NCBI GenBank assembly: GCA_965207225.1
Contig: CBDBLV010000005.1
Coordinates: 768,001 to 832,000, forward strand
Length of the DNA: 64,000 nucleotides
Reading direction: 5' to 3'
From: Dehalococcoidia bacterium
GTDB lineage: Bacteria; Chloroflexota; Dehalococcoidia; Plut-88900
In this document: positions 10,094 to 18,471 of the stretch, piece by piece
Numbering within the stretch: the first letter of the stretch is position 1
Layout of the letters: each line of letters begins with the position of its first letter
The notes under the pieces: model-generated
Told to the model about the DNA's origin: nothing
The model's input: only the letters and a program-made list of their open reading frames with translations
The model's database searches: none
Made by a program: the position numbers and the translations under genes

Positions 10094-12370
10094 CTATTCT
10101 TCGGTACTTCTATCAAGCCTACACCCCTCCCCCGACGAAAACCGCCTCAACACATTCCCTGTCACCCGAGACACCGTGTTGTCGTATTCGTTGTATGAAA
10201 GGTTCCCGCACCAGCTTATAGACCCCACCGAGAACACCCCACCCCCCTTGGGATAAGGCACGTATACCATGTCCGCCCTCACCAGTGGGTTAGTACTCCC
10301 CCCCTGCTTGGAGTCCGACTGGTCCACCTCTTCCACAACGTGCTGGTATGAATCGCTGAACTCCGACGCCGTCGCTAGGTGAATAGTGTGTGGCGGAGTC
10401 CCGAACAACGGCTCCATCCTGTCCAGCTCGAACCCCGCCGCCCCGTACTCCATCACCAGCGACGGAAAGTCCCCGATCAATTCATCATCCCCAATACCTT
10501 CAAAGACGAACGCCGCCCTCGGGTCCCGACTCCCGGCTTCCCGCTTGTAGGGCGCGTTCACATCGTTCCCCTGCGACGTAAATCCTATCCCCAGCATTCT
10601 CTGCGGCGCCCGACCCCTCTCCCTCCAGATTCCCCCCGGCTCTCCTGTAAAGCTGATGTGCGCCTCCCCTGCCTTGGCCCGCCAAGTCTGAGTCCCGCCC
10701 GTGCGCCGTATCTCTATCGCATCCCCGTTCTCCGGGTCCAATTGCGTCACCCAGTAGAAGCCATTCCCTCCCAGGTACATCAGCCTCCCGCCCTCTCGCA
10801 GATACGACTCCATCGCATCCAGCATCTCCGTCGACCAGTACTCCGGGTGCGATCCCGTCATGATCACTTTATACGACTCGAGAAGCTCGACCCCCTCCCT
10901 GTGCAAATCATGGTCCGTGATGACGTCATACGCATGCCCCTCCGACTCCAGCCAGTCCACCAAATGTAAGTCCGCGCTCAGCTGGTGCGGGCTCCCCTGC
11001 CCCCGGGCCAGCCCCACCGAGTAGTACCCCGGCCTCATGTTCACTATCGGCCTCAGCCACGACGAATAGCACACCCCCGACCCATCCGTGTGCGAGTTGT
11101 ACAGGCTCGTCAGACCGTTATCGACTATGTAGTGGTCCTCAGGCTTCACCGGATACTCGAAACCCGGCAGGAAGTAATCTCCGAAGTTGCCTGTCGTCTC
11201 GTCCGTGTTCCGGCCGTCTCCGTAGGCCATGTAGCTGAACGTCGGGGCTAGGAACGCCGCAGGAGCGGTCGGGTTTCCAGTTTCCGGCCTCACGAAGAAC
11301 GGCACGTAGTCCGTGGCGTCGCCTGCCTGCAGCCGAGCCGCGTACACCCCGCTCCTCATCCCCTCCGGCACAGTGAACTCGAAGTCCACCTCCCAGCCGG
11401 CGTCTCCCAGGTCGTCATCGTGGAAATGGATCGCCCCGTACTCCTCCGGCCGCAGCACGAAGGCATTCTCCCGACTGCTCCAGTTGTACCCCGTCATCGC
11501 CCGAGCCGGCCTGTTGACTATCCGCCCGTCCAACCCCCGCCCCGACCCATCCCTGGCCTCCATCGACACCATGTCCCGCCAGAAGTCCCATTCCCCGATC
11601 AGGCTGTCCCCCACCCCCGGGGCCCCCGCCCCCCTCTCCACCGACCCTATTTCCTCAACCCCCAATGCCGCTTTGAACAACCGGGGCCTGTCGATCTTTC
11701 CGTTGAAATGACCATCTGTCAGCAGCTTGCCCTTCTCCGTACCGTTGTAGGAGGCCGCCATGATCAAAGGAGCATCCGTAACCCCCACCCCCGACCCCAC
11801 CCTACCCGACCGCGTAACCACCTCCAGCCCATCCCCCGGCCACTCCGACACCGGCGCCTGGTAAAGCACGACCTCCCCGCTCTCTGCATCAAAGCTCACC
11901 GCCACGAAATACCACACCCATCGATGCAGCGGCACACCTGAACTCACCTCGCTGACTTCACCACCCCCACCCCCGACCCTGAAACTCAGACACCCCGACC
12001 CATCGATGAACAACCCGAATCCCTTGCCCTCCTCCCCCGACCACTTGGTCACGATCCCCTGCAATCCCTTGTCCGGTGTCGTCGGCCAGATCCATGCTGT
12101 TATCGTTACCGACTTCAAATCGTGGACCACCGGCTCATCCGGCACGACAATACACGACCCCTTCCGGATAACCTGCTCCCGACCCGCATATTCCCCGTTC
12201 ACATCCGCATGAAACTCCTCCACCCTCACCCCCGGTCCCGAGGGATTCGGGTCCCCATGAATCAACCTCACCACATCCGCCCGGTACCTCGGCGCCCGGC
12301 AGCTCACCATAAACTTAACCGTCTCCCCCACCCTCACACCCGGCTTATCCGTATACCCAACTACGTCCAT
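10094..12370 (-). CDS. N,N-dimethylformamidase large (beta) subunit-like protein with LamG-like domain
   Basis: AIHFHDDD, SGVYAARL, PTFSYMAY, HPEYWS, YLGGNGFYW, VRADMVY; ATG 12370 preceded by GGAGG. Confidence 0.88.
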   Translation of the reverse strand: MDVVGYTDKPGVRVGETVKFMVSCRAPRYRADVVRLIHGDPNPSGPGVRVEEFHADVNGEYAGREQVIRKGSCIVVPDEPVVHDLKSVTITAWIWPTTPDKGLQGIVTKWSGEEGKGFGLFIDGSGCLSFRVGGGGGEVSEVSSGVPLHRWVWYFVAVSFDAESGEVVLYQAPVSEWPGDGLEVVTRSGRVGSGVGVTDAPLIMAASYNGTEKGKLLTDGHFNGKIDRPRLFKAALGVEEIGSVERGAGAPGVGDSLIGEWDFWRDMVSMEARDGSGRGLDGRIVNRPARAMTGYNWSSRENAFVLRPEEYGAIHFHDDDLGDAGWEVDFEFTVPEGMRSGVYAARLQAGDATDYVPFFVRPETGNPTAPAAFLAPTFSYMAYGDGRNTDETTGNFGDYFLPGFEYPVKPEDHYIVDNGLTSLYNSHTDGSGVCYSSWLRPIVNMRPGYYSVGLARGQGSPHQLSADLHLVDWLESEGHAYDVITDHDLHREGVELLESYKVIMTGSHPEYWSTEMLDAMESYLREGGRLMYLGGNGFYWVTQLDPENGDAIEIRRTGGTQTWRAKAGEAHISFTGEPGGIWRERGRAPQRMLGIGFTSQGNDVNAPYKREAGSRDPRAAFVFEGIGDDELIGDFPSLVMEYGAAGFELDRMEPLFGTPPHTIHLATASEFSDSYQHVVEEVDQSDSKQGGSTNPLVRADMVYVPYPKGGGVFSVGSISWCGNLSYNEYDNTVSRVTGNVLRRFSSGEGCRLDRSTEE

Positions 12371-12572
12371 TTCAACCTCCCGAATAGTACAGAACTGCGC
12401 CGCCATGAGGATTATATCGATATGAGACTTAGGAAGTGAGGAGGCAGCGGTGCCAAAGTTCGAATTCGGAACGTAGGGGTAGAAGAGGGTCGATTTTCCT
12501 GAGTTTCGTGCCTAGAGATCCTTTTCTAGAAAATTAGGCGCGGATCCAAAAGCCATTTTGGTCGTCAATGCT

Positions 12573-13124
12573 CTATATGAACCCGTCAACCCACAACTGC
12601 CGCCATACCAACGCCGCATCCAATGCCTTCCGGGGTATACGGACTTCTCCTCCGAACTGCACGTGATGAAGAACGCCTAATCTGGTAAGGGTTTCAACTT
12701 CTCGCTTCTCTATCCCCAGCACACGTGCTACTTCTACGAGTCTATAGGCCATGCGCTTGTCGGATAGCAGAGCCTCAACGGATGGTGTTAGGACGAGTTC
12801 CATCTCGTGTTTATCGGCTATCGATGTAGCCTTACCTTTCCGCTTGAACGGGAAGAAGTCGGAATCCGCTAGGGTGGCTAGCTCGTCGGAGTATCTGAAC
12901 CATTCGCCATGGAGGGCCTGCGATTGAAATAAGGCATGGACTTTCTGTTCCCATTCCAAAGCCTTGCTCGGGGATATCGGGCCGCAAGTCCAAAGGAGCT
13001 TTAGTTCGACGGGATTGGCGATTTGCAGGTCGGCCATTCGCCTCTCGGGATCGTCTGAGATGCCTACCTTGATCGCATCCCCTGCTTGAATTGCATAGAC
13101 TTGTTGCCAGCGTCCCTTAGGCAT
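12573..13124 (-). CDS. GIY-YIG/T5orf172-like nuclease fused to excisionase-type HTH
   Basis: VYAIQ...IKVGISDDPERRM.DLQ..NP..L...HGEWF; C-terminal AYRLVEVARVLGI...GGEVRIP. Confidence 0.75.
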   Translation of the reverse strand: MPKGRWQQVYAIQAGDAIKVGISDDPERRMADLQIANPVELKLLWTCGPISPSKALEWEQKVHALFQSQALHGEWFRYSDELATLADSDFFPFKRKGKATSIADKHEMELVLTPSVEALLSDKRMAYRLVEVARVLGIEKREVETLTRLGVLHHVQFGGEVRIPRKALDAALVWRQLWVDGFI

Positions 13125-13285
13125 TTCAACCTCAAAGAGTTGGCCCAGGATTCCCGAAGATGCATCTCGGGAATGGGGCCGTTGCGACTGTACCGTACAG
13201 CGCAATGATGAATCCACCACATGCTCCTGACACCCGCGAGACTAGTGTGCGTTGATGTCCGTTGTTACCGACACGTTCACACAAT

Positions 13286-13576
13286 CTAGCCCTCTGTAGT
13301 CTTGGCGATGGCTTTGGCAAAACGCTGGGCACGCACAAAATCTTCCATAGTCCATTCACGAGCGTCGGGGTCCCTAGCGATACCCGCGTTAATAGCGGTT
13401 TCTTCGCCATATTCGGCCGCGATCTGGGCAAAGGTCATGTCGCTAGCGGCAATTTCCTGGAAGGTGAGTTTGGGTTTGTTCGGGTCTCCGAATTCGGCGG
13501 CCCCCCTTTCCGCCATGACCTGCGCGTACTCTTCAAAGGGAAGGTTGTCTACGTCAGTCTCATCGTGAGCGTTCAT
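13286..13576 (-). CDS. putative BrnA-like antitoxin, apparently lacking the C-terminal RHH
   Basis: Overlaps the brnT 3' end; IARDPDAREWT.EDF.RA segment resembles BrnA N-terminal regions. Confidence 0.55.
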   Translation of the reverse strand: MNAHDETDVDNLPFEEYAQVMAERGAAEFGDPNKPKLTFQEIAASDMTFAQIAAEYGEETAINAGIARDPDAREWTMEDFVRAQRFAKAIAKTTEG

Positions 13577-13823
13577 ACCTTTTCCTTTCTCTGGCGTTTG
13601 CCCTGCGCAGGCTGATAATCCGCCGCACGTCGCCCCGGTCCGTGTATACAACAGCGTGGAGTAGTCCATACATGGATCCATAAGCCCTCCATCGCTCTTC
13701 ACCGGAACGATAACTCTCTTCGAGTACGGCCCCCTCCCAATCGAAGTTCTCGATCTCCTCAAAATCTATCTGGTGTTTATCTAGATTTGTAATCCGTTTA
13801 GCGTCGTCCCAGTCGTATTGCAC
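13560..13823 (-). CDS. brnT: BrnT family toxin
   Basis: YDWD.AK...NL.KH.IDF...EERW...VVYT.RGD..RIISLRRAN.RE...YE. Confidence 0.92.
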   Translation of the reverse strand: MQYDWDDAKRITNLDKHQIDFEEIENFDWEGAVLEESYRSGEERWRAYGSMYGLLHAVVYTDRGDVRRIISLRRANARERKRYERSR

Positions 13824-13930
13824 TAGCCTATTGTACTACTTTAGGCTGATGTCCAAATCCAGAATTAACCAGAGCCCAGATCAAGTGTCACGCAACGAGC
13901 TGCTCCCTGGAACATTCAAGAAACCAACCT

Positions 13931-14017
13931 TGGTGCCGAAGCCCGGACTCGAACCGGGACAGGGTTTCCCCCAGCGGTTTTTGAGACCGCCGCGTCTGCC
14001 TATTCCGCCACTTCGGC
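13931..14017 (-). tRNA. tRNA-Leu(CAA)
   Basis: GCCGAAG acceptor stem, anticodon loop CT-CAA-AA, long variable arm, GTTCGAG T-loop, encoded CCA. Confidence 0.97.
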
Positions 14018-14043
14018 CTAACCCGCCTGCGGGCTTAAATGGA

Positions 14044-14119
<76 letters not shown>

Positions 14120-14231
14120 ATCGGCCCAATATCTTAGCACACACCCCTCCCCCATCCAATCGAATCCACCCACTCCTGTGCTATAATCCCCCCGCCTGAA
14201 ACACCGCCCTCCCTACCCCAAGGAGCACAGC

Positions 14232-15104
14232 TTGACCAAGTCCCTCAACGTTGCCTCCCTATCCCCCGGCGACGGCAAGTCCACCATAATCGCCGCCCTC
14301 GCCCGACACTTCCAGTCCCTCGGCAAGACCGTCGATTGCTCCGCCCCCGACCCCATGAAATCCCTCCTCGGCCTCTCCGACTCCCCTCCCAACCCCGACA
14401 TCCTCATCACCGATTCCTCCGACTCCCAATCCGACGCCTCCCTCCTTGTTGTCTCCTTCTCCCGTGACCTCGACCTCGACGCCGTAAAACCCGCAGCCAA
14501 TGCTCTTGGCGACGGTTTTCTCGGCGTCATCATCAACCGTGTCCCCACCTACGGCGCCCGACTCGCCGAAAACACCCTCAAGCCCTCCCTTGAAGCCGCC
14601 GGCCTCACTGTCCTCGGCCTGGTCCCTGAATCCCGGGCCCTGTACGGCATCACCGTCGACGACCTCATCAACCGCCTCGACGCCCGCTACGCCCTCCAGC
14701 TCGAAAGCGGCGACGCCCTCGTGGAGCACGTCATGGTCGGCGCCAACGTCCTCGATGCCGAGGACTTCCCCGCCGGCCCCGAGTACTACGCCCAGCGCTC
14801 CAACAAGGCCGTCATCGGCCGAGGTGACCGCCCCGACTTCCACTGGAGCGCCATCGACACCCCCACCCGCTGCGTCATCCTCACCGGCAACTTCGAACCC
14901 ATCCCCTACCTCCTCGCCAAGGCCGAGGAGCGCCAGGTCCCCGTCGCCGTCGTAGATAAAGACACCCTGGACGTCATGGACACCCTCGAAGACATCTTCA
15001 ACGGCCCCTCCCTGGACTCCGGTGCCAAGCTCACCGCCTTCACCTCCCTCATCGAAAGCTCCGTCGACACCTCTGCCCTCGACTCAGCCCTGGGCGTAAA
15101 CTAG
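14232..15104 (+). CDS. BioD-like P-loop/DRTGG-domain protein (phosphotransacetylase N-terminal-like)
   Basis: GDGKS P-loop; KAVIGRGDRPD...CVILTG DRTGG signature; TTG start. Confidence 0.8.
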   Translation: MTKSLNVASLSPGDGKSTIIAALARHFQSLGKTVDCSAPDPMKSLLGLSDSPPNPDILITDSSDSQSDASLLVVSFSRDLDLDAVKPAANALGDGFLGVIINRVPTYGARLAENTLKPSLEAAGLTVLGLVPESRALYGITVDDLINRLDARYALQLESGDALVEHVMVGANVLDAEDFPAGPEYYAQRSNKAVIGRGDRPDFHWSAIDTPTRCVILTGNFEPIPYLLAKAEERQVPVAVVDKDTLDVMDTLEDIFNGPSLDSGAKLTAFTSLIESSVDTSALDSALGVN

Positions 15105-15240
15105 CTCCCACAACAGTCTCGCTCCCATAGACCCGCCCCCCATCCCTTCTCCAACATCCAACCCCCAACCCCCTCCCCATCCATCATTCCCGACCCCGAT
15201 CGGAAATCCATCCCCCTCCCCCCCAAATGTGACATACCCC

Positions 15241-15269
15241 TTGACATGCAAACATTTGAGCCTTATATT
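15241..15269 (+). promoter_or_regulatory. sigma70-type promoter upstream of the candidate ncRNA
   Basis: TTGACA-17 nt-TATATT in an AT-rich patch. Confidence 0.7.
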
Positions 15270-15387
15270 TGTTCTAAGTCTAGACCCAACACTAATTTTA
15301 AGGAGGAACCAAAAACCCGGGGAAGCCCCCGAGACCCGACCCGAGGACTCAACGCCCTAGCCCATCCCAAGACCTCGCCCCTCTCTT

Positions 15388-15412
15388 GTAGGGGCGACCG
15401 GCCAATCGCCCC
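15388..15412 (+). repeat. GTAG-family REP-like palindrome
   Basis: GTAGGGGCGACCGGCCAATCGCCCC; related copies at 36679-36703 and 56977-57001. Confidence 0.75.
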
Positions 15413-15498
15413 CCCTTGCGAGGAAGGAAGGTTGCGGCACAAGCGAACGTCGCCATCTCCTCATCCCACCGGGTCCCGTGCTCCTTCCCTGGTAGTCA

Positions 15499-16036
15499 GG
15501 CGATGGAAAGACGCCCTGGATAGAAGCCACAGCGGACCGGCCATTCCCCCGCCGAGAGACCCTCTCGGTGGCTGGTTAGCAGCGAGCTTACGCTATATCA
15601 AGCTAGGGGTGGGACGGACCGGCCATCCCCGCCCGGGACTGGCTTCCGGAGGTTGGCCCGTAGGCGAGCTTACGCCATATCAAGCAAGGGGAAATGCGGG
15701 CCGGCTCTACCCCGCCGGGACCGGTTCCCGGGGGTTGGCCCGCCGGCGAGCTTGCGCCATATCAAGCGAGGGGTTTGCTGGACCGCCCAGACCCGAGGGT
15801 GCGCGCCACGTAAAGTAACTCCCGGGGGCTACCCGCCGATCACTGGCCCCCACTGCGCCCTTAGGCGCCTGGGAGCGGGTCAAGGCCCGGCTGTCCGCCC
15901 GAACACCCGGGCACACATCGGGCAGAAGGGTGCGGCCGGCTGCAATCCGCCCCCCGGCGGACCTCCATGGCCCCCGACAGCCGAGCACCGCAAGAGAGTG
16001 GAGGCCACCGGCTCACCAGGTGCGTCTTCCATCGCC
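15499..16036 (+). ncRNA. candidate large structured non-coding RNA (family not recognised)
   Basis: Terminal helix 15499-15519/16016-16036; three 82-nt covarying modules; many additional stems; G-U wobbles favour the + strand. Confidence 0.6.
15532..15777 (+). repeat. 3 x 82-nt imperfect tandem repeat
   Basis: Core RGCGAGCTTRCGCYATATCAAGC at 15581, 15663 and 15745. Confidence 0.92.
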
Positions 16037-16127
16037 GCCCCAAAACCCACCAGACAGAACGGAAACCAAAACCCACAACTGAATAGCAATCCGGTGTCTC
16101 CCCTGCTTCCCCAGCAGACACGCACAG

Positions 16128-16156
16128 TTGCCAGCCTCCGCCTTGATTTATATAAT
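16128..16156 (+). promoter_or_regulatory. sigma70-type promoter of speD-speE
   Basis: TTGCCA-17 nt-TATAAT, ~45 nt upstream of speD. Confidence 0.75.
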
Positions 16157-16199
16157 GCGTCCTCTACGCGTGTGTAAATCCACTACGGGGGGCGGGTGA

Positions 16200-16574
16200 T
16201 TGAATGTCCTCGGAAACCACTTACTGCTGGAACTGAAGAACTGCGACAGCGTCCTCTTGGACGACCTGCCCTACGTTAGAGATGCCCTCATCTCCGCCGC
16301 CGAGCAGATGGGCGCCCGGGTCCTCGGCGAGTCCTTCCACAAGTTCCACCCCCAGGGCGTGACCGGCGTAGTCCCCATCTCCGAGTCTCACCTCTGCATC
16401 CACACATGGCCCGAGCACCGCTACGCCGCCGTAGACGTCTTCACCTGCAGCCAGACCTTCGACCCCCACCGCGTCGCCGAATTCCTCATCGACAAATTCG
16501 ACTGTAAGGACCCGTCCTTGATTGTCGTCAATCGGGGTATCCTCACCCCGGTCCCGGTCTCCCTCGGCTCCTAG
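16200..16574 (+). CDS. speD: S-adenosylmethionine decarboxylase proenzyme (SpeD/SpeH type)
   Basis: FHKF.PQGVTG...SESH..IHTWPE..YAAVDVFTC. Confidence 0.95.
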   Translation: MNVLGNHLLLELKNCDSVLLDDLPYVRDALISAAEQMGARVLGESFHKFHPQGVTGVVPISESHLCIHTWPEHRYAAVDVFTCSQTFDPHRVAEFLIDKFDCKDPSLIVVNRGILTPVPVSLGS

Positions 16575-16607
16575 CTAACTGGATTTCAAGTAGCGAAAGT
16601 TCGAGCC

Positions 16608-17522
16608 ATGACCCGGGACCCCAGCACCTGGTTCAGAGAGTCGGTATCCGAGGATCTTTACCAGGAAGCCAGGATCTCCGACATCGTCTACTCCGGCCGG
16701 AGTCCCTACCAGACAATCGAGATCATAGACACCCTCCCCTTCGGCCGCACCCTCGTCCTCGATGGCAAGACCCAGTCCTCAGAGACCGACGAGTTCATCT
16801 ACCACGAGATGCTCGTCCACCCCGCCATGATCACCCACCCCAACCCCGAGACCGTATTCATCGCAGGCGGCGGGGAGGGTGCCACCCTCCGGGACGTTCT
16901 TTGTCACAAGAGCGTCAAGCATGCCGTCATGGTAGACATCGATGAGCAGGTGGTGGAAGCTTCCCGCCGGCACCTTCCCGCCTGGCACGCTGGGGCCTTC
17001 GACGACCCCCGCACCACACTCCTCTACCAGGACGCCAGGGATTACCTCGAAAACACAGACTCTACCTTCGACGTTATCTTTATCGACCTCTCCGATCCCG
17101 TCGAAGGAAACCCCTCCGCCCTCCTCTTCACCGAGCGCTTCTTCAAAGTGGTCCGTGACCGGCTGGCCCCCGGTGGCATCATGGCCCTCCAGGCCGAGAC
17201 CGTTGACTACCTCCGCACCGCCGCCTTCACCGCCATCTGCCACACCCTCGCCCAGGTCTTCGAAAAAGTCCTCCCGTACCACATCGTTGTCCCCAGCTTC
17301 AGCGGAGACTGGGGTTTCGCCACCGCCAGCCGGACCCTTGACCCGACAACCCTCTCCGAATCCGACATAGATTCCGCCCTCGCTTCCCGCCTCACCAGAC
17401 CCTGTCGCGCCTATGACGGCAACACCCACAAGGGCCTCTTCCTCCTCCCCCGCCTCCTCCGCCAGGCCCTCGCCGCCGAGACCCACGTCCTCACCGAATC
17501 CAACCCTCTCATTGTCCCCTAA
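16608..17522 (+). CDS. speE: polyamine aminopropyltransferase (spermidine synthase)
   Basis: LVLDG..QS...DEFIYHEMLVHP, GGGEG, VDID, FDVIFIDLSDP. Confidence 0.95.
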   Translation: MTRDPSTWFRESVSEDLYQEARISDIVYSGRSPYQTIEIIDTLPFGRTLVLDGKTQSSETDEFIYHEMLVHPAMITHPNPETVFIAGGGEGATLRDVLCHKSVKHAVMVDIDEQVVEASRRHLPAWHAGAFDDPRTTLLYQDARDYLENTDSTFDVIFIDLSDPVEGNPSALLFTERFFKVVRDRLAPGGIMALQAETVDYLRTAAFTAICHTLAQVFEKVLPYHIVVPSFSGDWGFATASRTLDPTTLSESDIDSALASRLTRPCRAYDGNTHKGLFLLPRLLRQALAAETHVLTESNPLIVP

Positions 17523-17542
17523 CCTCTCCCCCACTGACAAAC

Positions 17543-17625
17543 GAATTGGTGGAAGCGCCGCACCGCAGCGCTTCCACCAATTCAATAAACTAGGGAGGGA
17601 GGGTGGGACTCCAATTATTCCTGGG
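17543..17625 (+). repeat. hairpin + G-quadruplex-motif element, copy 1
   Basis: 16-bp IR GAATTGGTGGAAGCGC/GCGCTTCCACCAATTC, then AATAAA, then GGGAGGGAGGGTGGG. Confidence 0.75.
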
Positions 17626-18471
17626 ATGGTTGAGGATCTCCCATCTACACATTCTCTGCGGGAGTTGGCCGGCATCAGGCTGACTCCCCCTACTCCTCCA
17701 TCCCGAACAACCGGAGCTTTGCGCCCGGATATACCTCTCACTCAAATGGTTCAACGCCCGACGCGCCAGTGTAAAATTCTCCGACAGCGTCGCCATCACC
17801 CCCCCAAGCTCTGGTATATCCAGCTCCCTCGCCGCCAGCCCGTAGAACGCGCTCCCCTCCCGCTCGTAGTCCGCCATCGTCCGACGGTGTGCGAAACGCC
17901 TCCGCCTGGGGCTGCGAATGGCCTGGTGTGGGAACACCCCCGTCATGAACAGCGCAATGTCCGCCACCCGACGGTAGTAGTCGGGCCGCTCCTCCGGGTC
18001 CGCGTGTCGTGCCGCATAGATCATGTCGTCCATGTCCATGCTGCTGAACCGTCGCTTCCTCAGCCGACCCCTCTCCAGCGAATACACAACCGTCGAATAC
18101 GTCCTGGCAAACGACGACATCATGTCCGCCAGGTACTCCCGGGAAGGCTCCTCGTCCAGCAGGTCCGCCACCCGCGACGACTCGAACACTGGGATCACCT
18201 CCCCACGCTCCCCGATATCGTTGATGTACGGCTGGTTGTCCAGGTCCCGACGAGTCTGCTTCAGCAGTATCGTGAACAACAGCCGCGGCGAGATGTGCAC
18301 TACAGCCTCCTCGTCATCCAGCACCCGCTCCACCAGCCGCGGGTCGCCGACCATCGCGTCCAGGATATCCGGCTTGTCCCGGACCGCCTCCGCCACCCTG
18401 TCCCGCTCCCGAGGGTCCGGGGTTACCGTCTCGACAACGAATTTCAGGTCGGTGTCCGAGAGTATGAACAT
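17590..18471 (-). CDS. conserved hypothetical protein (C-terminus possibly frameshift-extended)
   Basis: Long ORF with host-like codon use; ISPRLLF..LL, YLADMMSSF, ADIALFMTGVFP, YE.EG..FY. Confidence 0.75.
   Translation of the reverse strand: MFILSDTDLKFVVETVTPDPRERDRVAEAVRDKPDILDAMVGDPRLVERVLDDEEAVVHISPRLLFTILLKQTRRDLDNQPYINDIGERGEVIPVFESSRVADLLDEEPSREYLADMMSSFARTYSTVVYSLERGRLRKRRFSSMDMDDMIYAARHADPEERPDYYRRVADIALFMTGVFPHQAIRSPRRRRFAHRRTMADYEREGSAFYGLAARELDIPELGGVMATLSENFTLARRALNHLSERYIRAQSSGCSGWRSRGSQPDAGQLPQRMCRWEILNHPRNNWSPTLPP

Noticed and set aside
15499-15530. Fluoride (crcB) riboswitch, because of GGCGATGG...CGCC
   Set aside because: The downstream (U)AAUGA and local pseudoknot partner are missing; the segment pairs better with 16016-16036; no fluoride-related gene follows
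15532-15777. CRISPR array
   Set aside because: The inter-core segments are homologous and structured rather than unique spacers; only three units; no cas genes nearby
15499-16036. MITE with 21-bp terminal inverted repeats
   Set aside because: No target-site duplication or second copy seen and the arms carry RNA-like bulges; disfavoured but not excluded without the whole genome
15246-16177. ORFs 15246..15818 and 15653..16177 as proteins
   Set aside because: No RBS, no recognisable motifs, and the first begins inside the promoter; the 82-nt repeat is read in different frames
15276-16199. Known SAM-I or spermidine riboswitch for speD
   Set aside because: No SAM-I core (AUC...GAU, kink-turn) recognised, and speD has its own proximal promoter
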